This document shows positions 9,451-19,480 of a DNA stretch of 64,000 nt, piece by piece; positions within the stretch are counted from its first letter, which is position 1; every line of letters starts with the position of its first letter. The notes beneath the pieces are model-generated. The model was not told the origin of the DNA and ran no database searches. It saw only the letters and a list, made by a program, of their open reading frames with translations. The DNA comes from Pirellulaceae bacterium (lineage in GTDB: Bacteria > Planctomycetota > Planctomycetia > Pirellulales > Pirellulaceae), in assembly GCA_030744725.1 (NCBI GenBank), contig JASLPZ010000001.1, forward strand, positions 18,882 to 82,881, given 5' to 3'. A program made the position numbers and the translations under genes.

Positions 9451-10773
9451 TTAGCGCACTTGGGCGAGGTCTTCCGGACGGCTGATATCGGTCGACTCCT
9501 CTTCTGGTCGCCAAGTAATTGTCAACCACGCCTCGTCTTCCGACCAACGGGTCGCAAACTTCCCTGTTTCAATGTGTTGGCGGACGGTCTCCAGCGCGGA
9601 GGATTCTCCTTCCGCGAGTTGCTGCAACCTTGAAGTCATCTCGGTTGCAGCGTCAGATTGCGAAGCTTGAACGAACACCGATGAATGCAATTGCACAACC
9701 AGATGCACATTAGGTTCAGTTTCTGGTGGCGCGGGCAGCGTGGACGGGGGCGCGTCGGTTGTCACGGCCAATCTCAACATCGCCTCCGTGGTCGAGAATC
9801 CCAATCGAGAATCCCGAACCAAAGGCAAATCGCCGTTCGTCTCCAAGAACTCGCGCATCATTCGATTCAACCGTTCGACGTTGTCTTTGGCAGTCGCTTC
9901 AAAGACACGATTGATGCGTTGGCGCTCTTGCTGCTGGGCAATCTGATCGGCGGTTGGCTTACTCGCTTGGACGCGACGTTTCGCAATTCGCGTCACAAGA
10001 CCGGACAAGGCACGCGCGGAAGTCGATACGCTGCTTTTAATAAACCGATTAATCGTCGAGAGTTCCTTGGGTTCGACTAACACACCCGTTTCGGTCAAGT
10101 TGACACGAACACTTTTTTCGAAATCCGTCAGACTCTGTGAATGGACCCGGGCAACGGAGACGTTACCAACGGTCCGACTTGCCACTTGCCCGCGAATTGG
10201 AATCTCCAAGACTGCCTTGGTGACGTTTGGAATCAACACGAGATTGGCTGACGCTGTAGTATGTGCCCAGCCTCGAATCGGTACGCCAAGAATGGTCGTC
10301 GCCAAAGGCTGGGTCCGATCAACATTCTGCACGAAGCGGTTAAGGAACTCGCGTGAGAGTGTCACTGACGCAATGACATGCTTCGACGTCGAAACAGGTG
10401 GATCGGCTATGCGAGACGCATCTTCGGGTCCGTGCAGCAGGGGACCGGACGGAAGACTCGGCTTGAGCACCACATGGATGCTCGACACGTACGCCCGATC
10501 CGGTTCGCTCAGCCGATCCAATGGGACAGTCGTCAGCCGTTGGTTTTCCTTCAACAAACGAACCACCTGTTCGCCAATTCCAACCAACTTGCCGCGTACG
10601 CTGTAGTAGCCACTATCGTCCTGCCAGACCCGCTGTGGTTGTCCCGTGACGATCACAACGACGGAATCTGACGGATCCTCCGACCGTACCCACGTTGGCT
10701 GCCAAACAGCAGTGAACAAGACCACGCAGAAAACAGCTCGAGAGCATCGTGCGTTCATCGTTGCTCGCTTCAT
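9451..10773 (-). CDS. secreted hypothetical protein with SHD1 (SLA1 homology 1)-like domain
   Basis: The start is chosen at MKRATMNARCSRAVFCVVLFTAVW (signal-peptide-like); 10758 or 10806 are alternatives. RVWQDDSGYYSVRGKLVGIGEQVVRLLKENQRLTTVPLDRLSEPDRAYV fits the bacterial SHD1 pattern common in planctomycetes. The rest of the protein is unassigned. Confidence 0.7.
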   Translation of the reverse strand: MKRATMNARCSRAVFCVVLFTAVWQPTWVRSEDPSDSVVVIVTGQPQRVWQDDSGYYSVRGKLVGIGEQVVRLLKENQRLTTVPLDRLSEPDRAYVSSIHVVLKPSLPSGPLLHGPEDASRIADPPVSTSKHVIASVTLSREFLNRFVQNVDRTQPLATTILGVPIRGWAHTTASANLVLIPNVTKAVLEIPIRGQVASRTVGNVSVARVHSQSLTDFEKSVRVNLTETGVLVEPKELSTINRFIKSSVSTSARALSGLVTRIAKRRVQASKPTADQIAQQQERQRINRVFEATAKDNVERLNRMMREFLETNGDLPLVRDSRLGFSTTEAMLRLAVTTDAPPSTLPAPPETEPNVHLVVQLHSSVFVQASQSDAATEMTSRLQQLAEGESSALETVRQHIETGKFATRWSEDEAWLTITWRPEEESTDISRPEDLAQVR

Positions 10774-10968
10774 CACAAGGTCGTTCAACTTCGAAGCGTC
10801 TGACATGGCGCTTCCGCTGTCGTGATGATATCCGTGCAAGCCCAGCAAGGCCAAGTACTTGAGGGAAACTTTTACGCTATGACGCACCACCAGTTGCAGG
10901 TTACCCATTTTTCGCTCATCCTAACGCGGTAGGGCCGCAGCAGATTGGGAACGTGTCCGTATTTTGTA

Positions 10969-11004
10969 CGCTCCCCGACCAACCAGCGGTCCGTGCCCGT
11001 CGCT
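10969..11004 (+). repeat. family-C repeat, partial core copy
   Basis: CGCTCCCCGACCAACCAGCGGTCCGTGCCCGTCGCT matches the core of 22680..22716 with 2 mismatches and the same orientation. It lies 166 nt upstream of the next gene start. Confidence 0.7.
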
Positions 11005-11169
11005 CGCCAAACATGTGCACCGAGCGAGCGTGTCCCGAAGCTAGATTCGAACATCATTCAAAATCGCTGGGATCCCGTGCAATTCCCGCAGATGCTGCAG
11101 TGTGTCGCGCGAAACAACCTGTCCCCCAAAAGCCCGCCCGATCTGCTCTCAAAACGACAAGGAGCTTCC

Positions 11170-12480
11170 ATGCATCCCTCGAATGCCTGCTTAACGGCAA
11201 TTCTCCTACTGACAATTGGCCTCTCAGCTGGGCTTGCCGACGATTGGCCTCAATGGCGCGGTGCCGACCGCGACGGCGTGTGGCGAGAAACTGGCCTGGT
11301 GGATCGCTTCGAGTTCGAGCAGATCGAAATTCGCTGGCGGCAACCGATTGGCCCTGGCTACAGTGGACCAACGGTGGCCGATGGACGCGTGTTCGTGACC
11401 GATCGACAAGCCCAACCCGAACAGGTCGAGCGAGTGCATTGCTTTGACTGGAAGCTGGGTAGCAAGCTTTGGACATTCTCGTACCCCAGCGAATATACCA
11501 TCAACTATGAAGCCGGCCCCCGAGCTTCCGTCACCGTCGAAGACAACCGCGCCTTCGTGCTGGGCGCGATGGGACATCTCCATTGCTTGGACGCCGGCAC
11601 GGGCAAAGTCCTCTGGAAACGCGACCTGAATCAAGAGTATTCCATTTCCAAGAATCGGCGCATGCCAATTTGGGGAATCGCCGCCGCACCATTAATCTAC
11701 GAAGATCTGGTGATCGTCCATATCGGCGCAGCAAACAACGCATCGATCGTGGCATTTGACAAGAAATATGGCGACCCGCAGTGGAAGGCACTGCGCGACC
11801 GTGCCCAGTATTCCGCCCCCATTCTGATCGAACAAGCGGGCCAGACCGTGATGGTTTGCTGGACCGGCGACAGCGTCGCCGGGCTGGACCCGGCCACAGG
11901 TAAAGTCTTTTGGCGACATCCGATGGCACCGTCGCGCATGCCAATCGGGGTCGCGACACCGGTTGTCAGCGGTGACCGCCTGTTCGTCACATCATTTTAC
12001 GATGGCTCGCTGATGCTACGATTGCGACAGGACAAACCGGCCGTCGAGCAACTTTGGCGACGTATGGGTGATAGTGAACAACAGACCGACGCGCTGCATT
12101 CGATCATTAGCACACCATTGTTCATGGACGACTACATTTACGGCACGGATAGCTACGGTGAATTGCGCTGTTTGAAAGCCGCCAGCGGCGACCGTGTATG
12201 GGAAGACTTGACCGCAACGCCCAAAGCGCGCTGGAGCAATCTACACTTCGTCCAGAATGGCGACCGCACTTGGATGTTCAACGAAAGGGGCGAGTTGATC
12301 ATTTGCAAGCTATCGCCACAAGGCTTTGACGAGATCAGCCGCGCTAAACTGATCGAGCCTACACGAAACCAGTTGAATAAACGCGGTGGCGTCTGCTGGT
12401 CTCACCCCGCCTTCGCAAATCGACACATATTTATCCGCAATGACAAGGAAATTGTGTGTGCGAGTTTAGAAGCGCGATAG
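11170..12480 (+). CDS. secreted PQQ-like beta-propeller repeat protein (BamB-like fold)
   Basis: The start is placed at ATG 11170, preceded by AAGGAG. Signal peptide MHPSNACLTAILLLTIGLSAGLA is followed by DDWPQWRGADRDGVW and repeated propeller blades. The upstream 75 codons of the track ORF cross the repeat/promoter region. Confidence 0.8.
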   Translation: MHPSNACLTAILLLTIGLSAGLADDWPQWRGADRDGVWRETGLVDRFEFEQIEIRWRQPIGPGYSGPTVADGRVFVTDRQAQPEQVERVHCFDWKLGSKLWTFSYPSEYTINYEAGPRASVTVEDNRAFVLGAMGHLHCLDAGTGKVLWKRDLNQEYSISKNRRMPIWGIAAAPLIYEDLVIVHIGAANNASIVAFDKKYGDPQWKALRDRAQYSAPILIEQAGQTVMVCWTGDSVAGLDPATGKVFWRHPMAPSRMPIGVATPVVSGDRLFVTSFYDGSLMLRLRQDKPAVEQLWRRMGDSEQQTDALHSIISTPLFMDDYIYGTDSYGELRCLKAASGDRVWEDLTATPKARWSNLHFVQNGDRTWMFNERGELIICKLSPQGFDEISRAKLIEPTRNQLNKRGGVCWSHPAFANRHIFIRNDKEIVCASLEAR

Positions 12481-12616
12481 GACACGCCACAACCGGTTTT
12501 TCATAACCGGTGGAAGACGATCAAAGGGGGCAGGACTCATTGATGCCTAACTCCTTACCTGAAAGCATCTTCTGTCTCTCAGCCCGTTGCGCCTCGAGAA
12601 ACTTTCATATTCGTTC

Positions 12617-12645
12617 TTGCTTTATTAGTATACTTACGTACACTA
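12617..12645 (+). promoter_or_regulatory. candidate promoter with overlapping 20-bp operator-like palindrome upstream of imuA
   Basis: TTGCTT (12617..12622), 16-nt spacer, TACACT (12639..12644). The imperfect palindrome TAGTATAC-TTAC-GTACACTA (12626..12645) covers the spacer and the -10. The AT-rich context is unlike the flanking DNA. Confidence 0.4.
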
Positions 12646-12685
12646 TTTGCCCGATAATGAAATAATGACATTCCCGAGGCAAATC

Positions 12686-13501
12686 ATGCACCCGCACCCA
12701 AAAATCCGTGAACTCGATTCGCTGCTACGCCGACTGGAGCGGCCTGAGAGCGTCCACGCGCGCCGACGTATTTCTACCGGTTGTGGCCCCCTGGATACAG
12801 CTTTGCCGGGACGAGGGTTGTTGCGAGGTTCGTTGGTCGAGTGGTTGGGCGATGGGCCAGGCTGTGGCACTGGGATGCTGGCGTTGCGTGCCGCACGTGA
12901 AGCATGTCGCGAGGGTGGAGCGTTGGTAGTAATCGACCCACAGCACAATTTTCATCCACCAGCCGCAGTCGCTGGGGGATTGGATTTGCAGCGTACGATC
13001 GTGGTTCGCCGGGTGCAGTGCAAACAGGAGCGACAGGGCCAACGGGGCACGCAGGACCAATGGGACAAGCGGGGCCAATGGGCGCTCGATCAGGCGTTGC
13101 GTTGTCCGCATGTCGCAGCCGTGGTCGCTTGGCCACAACAATTGGACAGCCGCGTTTTTCGTCGTTTGCAATTGGCGGTCGAGACCAGTGGTTGTTTGGG
13201 CCTGCTGGTTCGTCCCGCAGCCGCGCAGCGGGAATCTTCTTGGGCTGATGTGCGATTGTTGATCTCTCCTGTCGCACATGCTCCGGCAAGCGACAACCGG
13301 AACAACGCATCACACACGGATCCCGGCGCCTTGAGTTGGCGGTTGAAAATTGCATTACTGCGCTGCCGCGGTGGTTCGACACAGCGGACGGTCGACTTGG
13401 AAATTGACGAGCGGACAGGTGACATTCATGCAGCGCATCCTGGCAATCTGGCTACCCAATTGGCCGATTCAACGGTTGATTCACGACAAGCCCGAGCTTG
13501 A
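12686..13501 (+). CDS. imuA: ImuA-like (RecA/SulA-fold) protein of the imuA-imuB-dnaE2 cassette
   Basis: The start is chosen at ATG 12686 (GAGG 6 nt upstream); alternatives are 12665 and the TTG at 12647. RISTGCGPLDTALPGRGLLRGSLVEWLGDGPGCGTGMLALR fits the ImuA pattern. It is immediately followed by imuB and dnaE2. Confidence 0.75.
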   Translation: MHPHPKIRELDSLLRRLERPESVHARRRISTGCGPLDTALPGRGLLRGSLVEWLGDGPGCGTGMLALRAAREACREGGALVVIDPQHNFHPPAAVAGGLDLQRTIVVRRVQCKQERQGQRGTQDQWDKRGQWALDQALRCPHVAAVVAWPQQLDSRVFRRLQLAVETSGCLGLLVRPAAAQRESSWADVRLLISPVAHAPASDNRNNASHTDPGALSWRLKIALLRCRGGSTQRTVDLEIDERTGDIHAAHPGNLATQLADSTVDSRQARA

Positions 13502-15047
13502 ACAACGTCCCGTGATTCTGCAACATCGCACGCGCCGTGGCCTCTGCGTGTTGGCCTGTTCGCGCCTGGCACGACAGCAAGGTGTCCAAGTGAACCTCCC
13601 CGTAGCCGAAGCGACGGCGCTGTTGCGACGCGCGGATCACAAAACTACAAGCCCAACATCTGGCGAAAAAACAACGTTGCATTTGGAAACCCACGCCCCA
13701 GCCGAAGATCGTGCAGCGTTGATCAAACTGGCCACGTGGTGCCATCGCTTTAGCCCGCTGGTCGGCCTGGAAGAGGCTGCCGCGCCGGACACTCTGCTGT
13801 TGAACGTGACCGGTGTGACATCGCTATTTGGAGGCGAACCAGCATTCGCCGAACAGATCACACGAAGCTTTCATCAACAACGATTAGGTGTGAGTCTGGG
13901 GCTGAGCAACACGCTGGGCGCCGCTTGGGCGCTGGCACATTTTGGCGACGGGGCACATTCTCAAGCCGAGTCAAACCACGCCTCATCGCCAGAAACCGCA
14001 TCACCAGAAATGGCCTCACCGGAAGAGACGATCCAACGCTTACCGCTGGCCGCGCTGCGCCTCCCGGACGAAACGGTGGATATTCTGCAGCGTCTGGGCC
14101 TGCAACAGATTGGCGAATTGCTGGAATTGCCGCGCGTCGAACTGGAATCTCGTTTCGGTCCACAATTGTTACAACGACTTGACCAGACGTTTGGCAAAAT
14201 AACCGAACTGATTCAACCAATTCAACCACCGTTGGAGTTTGTGGCCGAGTGGTTGTTCGAATATCCCGTGCCGCAACGGAAAGCGGTCGAGCGGGTTGTT
14301 CGTCAGTTGGTGGAACGGCTCTGCTTTACGCTAGCCGATCACGATCGGGGTGTCGTGCGATTACGTGGCCGCATCGTTTGCCAGGACACACTCCCCGTCA
14401 CATGGGAGGTTGGTCTGTTCCGCGCGAGCGCGGATGCCGAACATGTGTGGCAGCTGGTAGAAACGCAACTTGAAAGGCTACCTTTGCCTGGTCCGGCCAC
14501 CAGCGTCGCACTTCAGGCCAACCACCACGCGCGTCTGCTCGCGCGCCAGCAAGAGCTCTTCGACCAACATCAGCGGAACGTTGATTCACCCCAGATCGCC
14601 ACACTCGTTGATTGCCTGGCAAGCCAACTGGGTCGCGAGGCTGTGGTCCGGTGTGTACTGCAACGAGATGCTCAGCCGGAACGCGCATTCTGCTACGTGC
14701 CTCTGGTTGGCGGCGGCACAAAAAATCACAAGACGGGGAAACGCACAACGGGCTCGCGACCGCCAATCTTTGGACTGCTGGACCGACCGTTGCAACTATT
14801 GGATCCACCGCACGTGCTGGAAGTCATGGCGGTCGCACCCGACGGCCCACCGATCAGTTTTTGTTATCTCGGCAACAAGCATGAGGTCACGCGACATTGG
14901 GGCCCGGAACGGATTGAAACCGGCTGGTGGAGACAGCGTGGCATTCGCCGCGATTACTACCGCGTAGAGACAGTGGAAGGCCGCCGTTTCTGGTTATTTC
15001 GCTGCCTGCGCGAAAGACGCTGGCAGTTGCATGGTGTGTTTGAATAG
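13428..15047 (+). CDS. imuB: ImuB, Y-family polymerase-like accessory protein
   Basis: The start is placed at MQRILAIWLPNWPIQRL (ATG 13428). A ~540-aa Y-family-like protein located between imuA and dnaE2. It overlaps the imuA 3' end by 74 nt. Confidence 0.8.
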   Translation: MQRILAIWLPNWPIQRLIHDKPELEQRPVILQHRTRRGLCVLACSRLARQQGVQVNLPVAEATALLRRADHKTTSPTSGEKTTLHLETHAPAEDRAALIKLATWCHRFSPLVGLEEAAAPDTLLLNVTGVTSLFGGEPAFAEQITRSFHQQRLGVSLGLSNTLGAAWALAHFGDGAHSQAESNHASSPETASPEMASPEETIQRLPLAALRLPDETVDILQRLGLQQIGELLELPRVELESRFGPQLLQRLDQTFGKITELIQPIQPPLEFVAEWLFEYPVPQRKAVERVVRQLVERLCFTLADHDRGVVRLRGRIVCQDTLPVTWEVGLFRASADAEHVWQLVETQLERLPLPGPATSVALQANHHARLLARQQELFDQHQRNVDSPQIATLVDCLASQLGREAVVRCVLQRDAQPERAFCYVPLVGGGTKNHKTGKRTTGSRPPIFGLLDRPLQLLDPPHVLEVMAVAPDGPPISFCYLGNKHEVTRHWGPERIETGWWRQRGIRRDYYRVETVEGRRFWLFRCLRERRWQLHGVFE

Positions 15048-15058
15048 GAAGCAGAAAC

Positions 15059-18000
15059 ATGCCTGAAGCCCCTGATCTGCCGAAACGACGCCCCCAACAA
15101 GCTCGGCCCCAGCAAGCCAGAACCAGGCACGGCGTCCTGCCTTATGCGGAACTACACTGCCGTACAAATTTCACGTTCCTGGAAGGGGCATCTCACTCGG
15201 ACGAACTGGTGACGCGGGCAGTCGAGTTGGGATACACGGCGCTCGCCATCACCGACCGCAACAGTCTGGCCGGCATCGTCCGCGCCTATGCGGCGGCAAA
15301 AGAGAGCGGATTGAAGCTGCTGTACGGTGCCGAAATCACACCAACTGACGGACCGCCCGTCGTGCTGCTGGCCACGGACCGCGCCGCCTACGGTCGACTG
15401 TCTCGCTTGCTGACCCTCGGTCGACGGCGAACCACCAAAGGGGCTTGCGAACTGAACGTTGCCGATATCGCTGAACACCACCAGGGCTTATTAGCCATGG
15501 TCGTTCCCGCGCATCAAAACGATCCGTACCGGCAGCCCGCCGAACGGGCTTCGGCCGTGCACACTTACCGTGATATCTTTGGTGACTGCTGTTATCTATT
15601 GGGCGAATTACATTACGGCACGGCCGACCGACGGCGTTTGGATGACCTGCTTCAACTTTCCAACACCACAGACGTGCCGCTGGTGGCTGCCGGCGATGTG
15701 CATTATCACATTCCTGCGCGAATGCCGTTGCAGCATGTGTTGACCGCCATTCGACATGGCACAACCGTGGCTGAGCTCGGCCAGCGTCTGCTGCCCAACG
15801 CCGAGCGTCACTTGCGAACATTGGCCGAAGTTCAAGCGGTCTTCGCGCGCATCCCCCAAGCCATCCGCCGCACCTTGGAAGTGGCCGACCGCTGCACGTT
15901 TTCTCTGGACGAACTGCGTTACGAATACCCCCGCGAGCTATCTCCGCCGGGCGAAACGCCGCTGGAATATCTACGCCGTCTCGCCTGGCAAGGTGCCCGG
16001 CAACGGTATGGGCAGATTCCGGACAAGGTCGTCGCACAGCTTGATCACGAACTGCAGCTGATCCACGACCTGCGGTACGAAGCCTTCTTTCTGACGGTTT
16101 ATGATCTGGTCTGTTTCGCCCGTTCGCGCGACATCCTCTGTCAGGGCCGTGGGTCAGCGGCCAATTCAACTGTCTGCTATTGCCTGGGCGTAACTGCTGT
16201 CGATCCGATGGAGTCGAATCTACTGTTCGAACGGTTTGTCAGCCGCGAACGTGACGAGGCGCCGGACATCGATGTCGATTTCGAACACCAACGGCGCGAA
16301 GAAGTCTTGCAGTACATTTATCAAAAGTACGGTCGCCACCGGGCCGGGATCGCAGCGACGGTGATCACCTATCGGCCACGGTCCGCGGTCCGCGATGTCG
16401 GCAAAGCACTGGGACTGTCGCTCGACCGTGTCGATGCCCTGGCCAAGAACACGGATTGGCGAAGCAATCAGGCGGTGTCCGCTGAACGATGTTTGCAAAG
16501 CGGCATCGACCCAGGATCTCGGCTCGGACGTCAACTCAGCGCCTTGGTCGATCAGTTGCTCGGCTTTCCACGCCACCTGTCCCAGCACGTCGGCGGCATG
16601 GTGATCACGCAAGGACCGCTGTGCGAAATGGTGCCGATCGAAAATGCCGCCATGCCCGATCGGACCGTCATTCAATGGGACAAGGACGATCTGGAGACGC
16701 TGGGGATCTTGAAAGTTGATTGCCTCTGTCTGGGCATGTTAACGGCAATTCACAAGTGCTTCGACCTGCTGCAACAGCACACCGGCCAACAAATCACAAT
16801 CGCCAGCATTCCGCACGATGATCCCGCCGTCTACGACATGATGGGCCAGGCAGACACGATTGGCGTGTTTCAAATCGAAAGCCGCGCACAAATGAGTATG
16901 CTGCCACGATTGCGTCCGCGACGGTTCTACGATTTGGTGATCGAAGTGGCAATCGTGCGGCCCGGTCCAATCCAGGGCAACATGGTGCATCCCTACTTGC
17001 GGCGTCGGTGTGGTGAAGAGGAGGCCACCTACCCCAACGACGATATCCGTAAAGTCTTGGAACGCACGTTGGGAGTCCCTCTTTTTCAAGAGCAGGCCAT
17101 GCAGTTGGCGGTCGTCGCAGCGGGGTTTACGCCAGGAGAAGCAGATCAGTTGCGGCGCGCGATGGGTGCCTGGCGACGGCCTGGCTTGATCGATAACTTT
17201 CGCAAGAAGTTAATCGAAGGCATGTTGGCACGAGGCCACTCGCAAGATTTCGCCGACCGGCTGTTCGAACAGATACGCGGGTTCGGCGAATACGGTTTTC
17301 CCGAGTCGCACGCTGCCAGTTTTGCCATCCTAAGCTACGTGTCGGCCTGGCTTAAACATCACCATCCGGCCGCCTTTACCGTGGCACTGCTCAACAGCCA
17401 ACCAATGGGGTTCTACGCACCAGCACAGCTGATTCGCGACGTGCAAAATCACGGCGTTGAAATTCTGCCAATTGATGTGAATCACAGCGATTGGGACTGT
17501 ACGCTGGAACCAACCCCCACGGACAATTCTGTCTCGCCACGGTTGGACCTGCGCCTGGGGATGCGATTGGTACAGGGCCTTCGGCACACCGCAGCCCAGA
17601 CGCTTGTCCGCGCCAGACAAGTTGGTCGCTTTCGGTCGATGGCCGAACTGACCACACGTAGCGGATTGGGCCAGACAACCATGCAGCGTCTGGCAGCCGC
17701 CGACGCCTTTGCGTCGCTCGACTTGGATCGTCGTAGTGCCTTGTGGCAAGCACTCGATCAGACGCAAAAGCCGCAAGATCAGCCCCTACTGGCGAGTCTC
17801 ACTTCTGAAGATTCACCCACCCCCCGGCTACCGCGACTCACCGAACAAGAGGAGGTCTTCGCCGATTATCGCGCTGCTGGATTGAGCTTGCGTCAGCATC
17901 CTCTGGCGTTTTGTCGTGAGAAACTCAGCTCTCTAGGAGTTGTGACCGCCGACCAGTTGGTGGTTGCACCGGCCAATCGCTGCATCAGCGTGGCTGGGCT

Positions 18001-18259
18001 GGTGCTGATGCGACAACGGCCTAGTACCGCCAAAGGAATCACCTTCGTCACGCTCGAAGACGAAACCGGGACAGCAAACCTCGTGGTAAGACAGAAGATT
18101 TGGGATCGCTTCGACCAGATTGCCCGACGAGCCAGTGCGATGATCGCTCACGGCAAACTGGAACGAAAGAATGAAGTCATCCATGTCGTGGTCGTGCAGT
18201 TGGAAGATATGTCCGACCGACTGGCATCGATCGGACATCGGTCACGCGATTTTCGCTAG
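15059..18259 (+). CDS. dnaE2: error-prone DNA polymerase III alpha-like subunit DnaE2 (ImuC)
   Basis: 1066 aa. PHP-domain N-terminus YAELHCRTNFTFLEGASHSDELV, a Pol III alpha core and a C-terminal OB fold. The cassette context with imuA and imuB supports the call. Confidence 0.92.
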   Translation: MPEAPDLPKRRPQQARPQQARTRHGVLPYAELHCRTNFTFLEGASHSDELVTRAVELGYTALAITDRNSLAGIVRAYAAAKESGLKLLYGAEITPTDGPPVVLLATDRAAYGRLSRLLTLGRRRTTKGACELNVADIAEHHQGLLAMVVPAHQNDPYRQPAERASAVHTYRDIFGDCCYLLGELHYGTADRRRLDDLLQLSNTTDVPLVAAGDVHYHIPARMPLQHVLTAIRHGTTVAELGQRLLPNAERHLRTLAEVQAVFARIPQAIRRTLEVADRCTFSLDELRYEYPRELSPPGETPLEYLRRLAWQGARQRYGQIPDKVVAQLDHELQLIHDLRYEAFFLTVYDLVCFARSRDILCQGRGSAANSTVCYCLGVTAVDPMESNLLFERFVSRERDEAPDIDVDFEHQRREEVLQYIYQKYGRHRAGIAATVITYRPRSAVRDVGKALGLSLDRVDALAKNTDWRSNQAVSAERCLQSGIDPGSRLGRQLSALVDQLLGFPRHLSQHVGGMVITQGPLCEMVPIENAAMPDRTVIQWDKDDLETLGILKVDCLCLGMLTAIHKCFDLLQQHTGQQITIASIPHDDPAVYDMMGQADTIGVFQIESRAQMSMLPRLRPRRFYDLVIEVAIVRPGPIQGNMVHPYLRRRCGEEEATYPNDDIRKVLERTLGVPLFQEQAMQLAVVAAGFTPGEADQLRRAMGAWRRPGLIDNFRKKLIEGMLARGHSQDFADRLFEQIRGFGEYGFPESHAASFAILSYVSAWLKHHHPAAFTVALLNSQPMGFYAPAQLIRDVQNHGVEILPIDVNHSDWDCTLEPTPTDNSVSPRLDLRLGMRLVQGLRHTAAQTLVRARQVGRFRSMAELTTRSGLGQTTMQRLAAADAFASLDLDRRSALWQALDQTQKPQDQPLLASLTSEDSPTPRLPRLTEQEEVFADYRAAGLSLRQHPLAFCREKLSSLGVVTADQLVVAPANRCISVAGLVLMRQRPSTAKGITFVTLEDETGTANLVVRQKIWDRFDQIARRASAMIAHGKLERKNEVIHVVVVQLEDMSDRLASIGHRSRDFR

Positions 18260-18273
18260 CTCGGATGATTCAT

Positions 18274-19275
18274 TCATTCGTCATTGGGTATTTCGTCATT
18301 CGTCATTTGCAGGCGGCGGACAGAAGCACGCACCGACCAATCGATCGCCAGGACCACGACGATCGCCAAGAGGGCCGCCAACACGACCGCGATGAACTCT
18401 CCGTCAAACGCTTCTGGCCACACCAACTGAAACCGTTTGTACTTGAATTTCTCGACATCTTCCGTCAGGTCCAATTGAAACGGCCACAGTTTCCGCAGCG
18501 CCCCAATCATGAACCCGCACAGGATCGACATCGTCAATGCATGATGCCGTGCCAGCAACCACTTCAGCACCTTGCTGAAGGAAAGTAATCCGACGGCGCA
18601 TCCGCTGCCAAAGACGAGCAGCATCAAGACGCTGCTCAGGCATTCTTTGCCGTGCAGCAGGTTGTGGGGAATTTCCGTGAGATGCGCGTAGACGCCGAGC
18701 ACGAGCAGCATCAGCGCGCCGCTAACACCCGGCAAGATCATTGCACAGATCGCAATGCTGCCGCAGACAAACAACCACGCCAAGTTCGGCGGTGCCGAAT
18801 CGGCGGTGGGCGTCAACGATGAAGCCCACCAAGCGATCGCCACGCCAGCCAATCCCGCTACCAGGCAAGATGGCTTCTGGCCGGCCGCCGCTCGGATCGT
18901 CAGTGCCACCAACAGAGATGAAGCCAAAATCATCCCGGAAAAAGCTGCGAATGTAATGGATCGCGTGAATGAATCCGCCAACAGCCGGTTAATCAACAGG
19001 CTCATCACGACGACGCCACAGCCAAGCCCAACCGCCAGGAAAACCAGAAACCGCAAGTCGATATGCCTCGCCGCCGCCTGCCACTGGCACCGCTTCACGT
19101 ATCGTACAAACGTGCGATCAAATCGGCTGATTGCCGTGACCAGTCGCTCGTAAATCCCCAGGATCAAAGCCAGCGTGCCACCAGAGACTCCAGGGACGAC
19201 ATCGGCGCACCCCATACTGAGTCCACAGAGAATCGTAATACCGTCGGCCCGCCAGCTGTTGGGGCGATCATTCAT
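18274..19275 (-). CDS. DUF368 family membrane protein (candidate undecaprenyl-phosphate translocase, PopT-like)
   Basis: 333-aa polytopic ORF with the duplicated signature GVSGGTLALILGIYERL and LPGVSGALMLLVLGVY. Confidence 0.85.
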   Translation of the reverse strand: MNDRPNSWRADGITILCGLSMGCADVVPGVSGGTLALILGIYERLVTAISRFDRTFVRYVKRCQWQAAARHIDLRFLVFLAVGLGCGVVVMSLLINRLLADSFTRSITFAAFSGMILASSLLVALTIRAAAGQKPSCLVAGLAGVAIAWWASSLTPTADSAPPNLAWLFVCGSIAICAMILPGVSGALMLLVLGVYAHLTEIPHNLLHGKECLSSVLMLLVFGSGCAVGLLSFSKVLKWLLARHHALTMSILCGFMIGALRKLWPFQLDLTEDVEKFKYKRFQLVWPEAFDGEFIAVVLAALLAIVVVLAIDWSVRASVRRLQMTNDEIPNDE

Positions 19276-19480
19276 AACTTATATGCGTCGCCTTGCCGCT
19301 CGGGTCCACATGGCAGCTGATGTTCTTGCATGGCAACGAAGTGTAGATGAATGGTCAAGTGATGGCCACGCCAAGAAATCGCGGCAGTTGCCATCGAGAC
19401 GCGCTTATTGACCGAACCGCCCGGCGGCCCATAAACTGATACGTTTGGCTTGACCCAATCATGGGCGGAGGAAGCGAGAC

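Noticed and set aside
12600-12646. Search for classical LexA boxes (CTGT-N8-ACAG, GAAC-N4-GTTC, GTTC-N7-GTTC) upstream of imuA
   Set aside because: None is present. Only the non-classical palindrome reported in the findings was seen, so it is flagged as a candidate and not called a LexA box.
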